Shown: positions 62,990 through 64,000 of the stretch, in pieces
Position numbering within the stretch: the stretch's first letter is position 1
Layout: every line of letters begins with the position of its first letter
Source: a virus
IMG/VR virus record: IMGVR_UViG_3300008255_000101
Location: 1-64,000 of that record
Strand: one strand, 5' to 3'
Length of the DNA stretch: 64,000 nucleotides
Program-made: the position numbers and the translations under genes
Notes under the pieces: generated by a model
What the model saw: the letters and a program-made list of their open reading frames with translations, nothing else
Databases searched by the model: none
Told to the model about the DNA's origin: nothing

Positions 62990-64000
62990 CTACGCCGTAA
63001 TATTCTCAAAGGTCACTGTGCGGCCTATTGGTACGGTCCCCGGGATGCTCTCTGGCTTGATAGGTAATTGGGGACTTGCGTCCGAAGGCCTATCCTCTCT
63101 GTAGGCGTTCCACCCTGCGGGCACATACAATTGGCCACCATTGATGGGGACAGAATACACGGGGTCCGTCTGGTCTATCTGGGACAAGCTAAAGTGCTGC
63201 TGATAGGTGGCGCCGCGAGATCCCTGTGGGTTGGGCCTCACTACATAGAATCGATCGTTGTTGGATCGAACTATGACGTCCCTGTCGTTCAGAAGGGGCT
63301 CGGGCCCAGTCCAGGTATTCCAATCGTATGTGATATGGAGACCTGCGTCCATCAAATTTACGGCTTTCTCCGTCTCAGGGGGAGCGATTATTATGTCAAA
63401 AGGTCCTTCGTAACCTCCCACATACCCCGTGCCGTAGCAGATCATGCAACTCCGGTCTGTACCCACGCCCTTCGAGCGTCCGTAAACATCGTTGTAGCAA
63501 CTGCATCTTTGGCCGTTCCATTTCCTTAGGAAAAGTTTGACCCTGTCCCCTGTCTGCTCCAAAAGCCAGTGATTCCTGCGAATGGCCTCTGCCCAGATCC
63601 AATCGATCTTCTCCATGTCGTATAGGCTTATGGCTTCGCACTCACTCAGGGGTGTCTCAATGTCTTCGTTCTTATCAAAATCATGAGCTACCGTTGTTAC
63701 CTTGTAGTAGATCTTGCGGCTCATATCGTTTGCAATTAGACCGTTCAGGTAGTAGTAGGTCACTCTTATGCCCCCAGAAAGCAAATCGGGTAGGACAGGT
63801 TTCTTATAGGAGTTAGTGACTGGGTCGTAGGTCCTATTCGTGTTCAGGAATATTAAACCCTCGTCCGCATATATTTTCCAAGGTATCACAGGGACATAAC
63901 CCATACCATCACCGGCATCCACTTCCACCAAAACATCCTGTACGGTTGTGGCCTTTAGGTCATTACTACCAGGATGGATCACCTTCTTGTGAGATGTGTG
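62990..64000 (-). CDS. Neck/head-tail joining protein with CxC...CxxCxGTG Zn site (5'-partial)
   Basis: Frame stays open to the window edge; LLEQTGDRVKLF.R...RCSC...CMICYGTGYVGGY pattern recalled from large-myovirus neck proteins. Confidence 0.6.
   Translation of the reverse strand, partial: HTSHKKVIHPGSNDLKATTVQDVLVEVDAGDGMGYVPVIPWKIYADEGLIFLNTNRTYDPVTNSYKKPVLPDLLSGGIRVTYYYLNGLIANDMSRKIYYKVTTVAHDFDKNEDIETPLSECEAISLYDMEKIDWIWAEAIRRNHWLLEQTGDRVKLFLRKWNGQRCSCYNDVYGRSKGVGTDRSCMICYGTGYVGGYEGPFDIIIAPPETEKAVNLMDAGLHITYDWNTWTGPEPLLNDRDVIVRSNNDRFYVVRPNPQGSRGATYQQHFSLSQIDQTDPVYSVPINGGQLYVPAGWNAYREDRPSDASPQLPIKPESIPGTVPIGRTVTFENITA

Larger units (their letters stand above)
1212..64000 (-). mobile_element. 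Large myovirus-type phage / phage-plasmid genome segment (contractile tail and replication modules)
   Basis: Co-oriented sheath, tube, tape measure, hub, spike and wedge genes plus own DNA polymerase, DnaB, SNF2 helicase and sigma factor; dense, overlapping genes; no host housekeeping genes. Confidence 0.93.

Noticed and set aside
1212-64000. Genome-wide TAG reassignment (alternative genetic code)
   Set aside because: Several TAG stops are followed by in-frame genes (3282, 9871, 52677, 58479), but others are not. Core genes are full length in code 11 and most downstream genes have their own RBS.

Overview
Almost the whole window (about 1212-64000, every credible gene on the minus strand, standard genetic code) is part of a large myovirus-type phage or phage-plasmid. 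In transcription order it carries a neck protein (5'-partial) and a three-gene unit ending in an actin-family ATPase that resembles haloarchaeal volactin. Next come tail completion, an FmdB-type Zn ribbon, tail sheath, a repeat protein, tail tube, two tail chaperones and the tape measure. The baseplate and tail-tip genes follow: two tube-initiator paralogues (one fused to an M15 peptidase), hub, gp5/VgrG-like spike, a three-fold-repeat spike-tip candidate, wedge proteins (gp25/W-, J- and I-like) and two large paralogous baseplate/fibre proteins. A replication/regulation block follows (SNF2 helicase, degenerate DnaC-like loader, DnaB, stand-alone CHC2 primase Zn domain, family A DNA polymerase, sigma-70-like factor, DUF932-like protein, ParB-like protein), then a GT2 glycosyltransferase. 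The left end (1-1215) looks like the start of an integron cassette array: a phage-type promoter, an attI-like site with two direct repeats, a HigB/HigA-type toxin-antitoxin cassette, a 251-bp attC site and the start of a second cassette. No integron integrase lies where one is expected. The two best leads are (1) an apparently phage-borne, integrase-less attI/attC cassette-capture platform and (2) a volactin-like actin in a probable late virion operon. A conserved 14-bp motif (ATAATCTTCTAATC) before five structural transcription units is a candidate late promoter for the phage sigma factor. All family assignments come from motif recognition by eye, not database searches. The host cannot be determined from this window.
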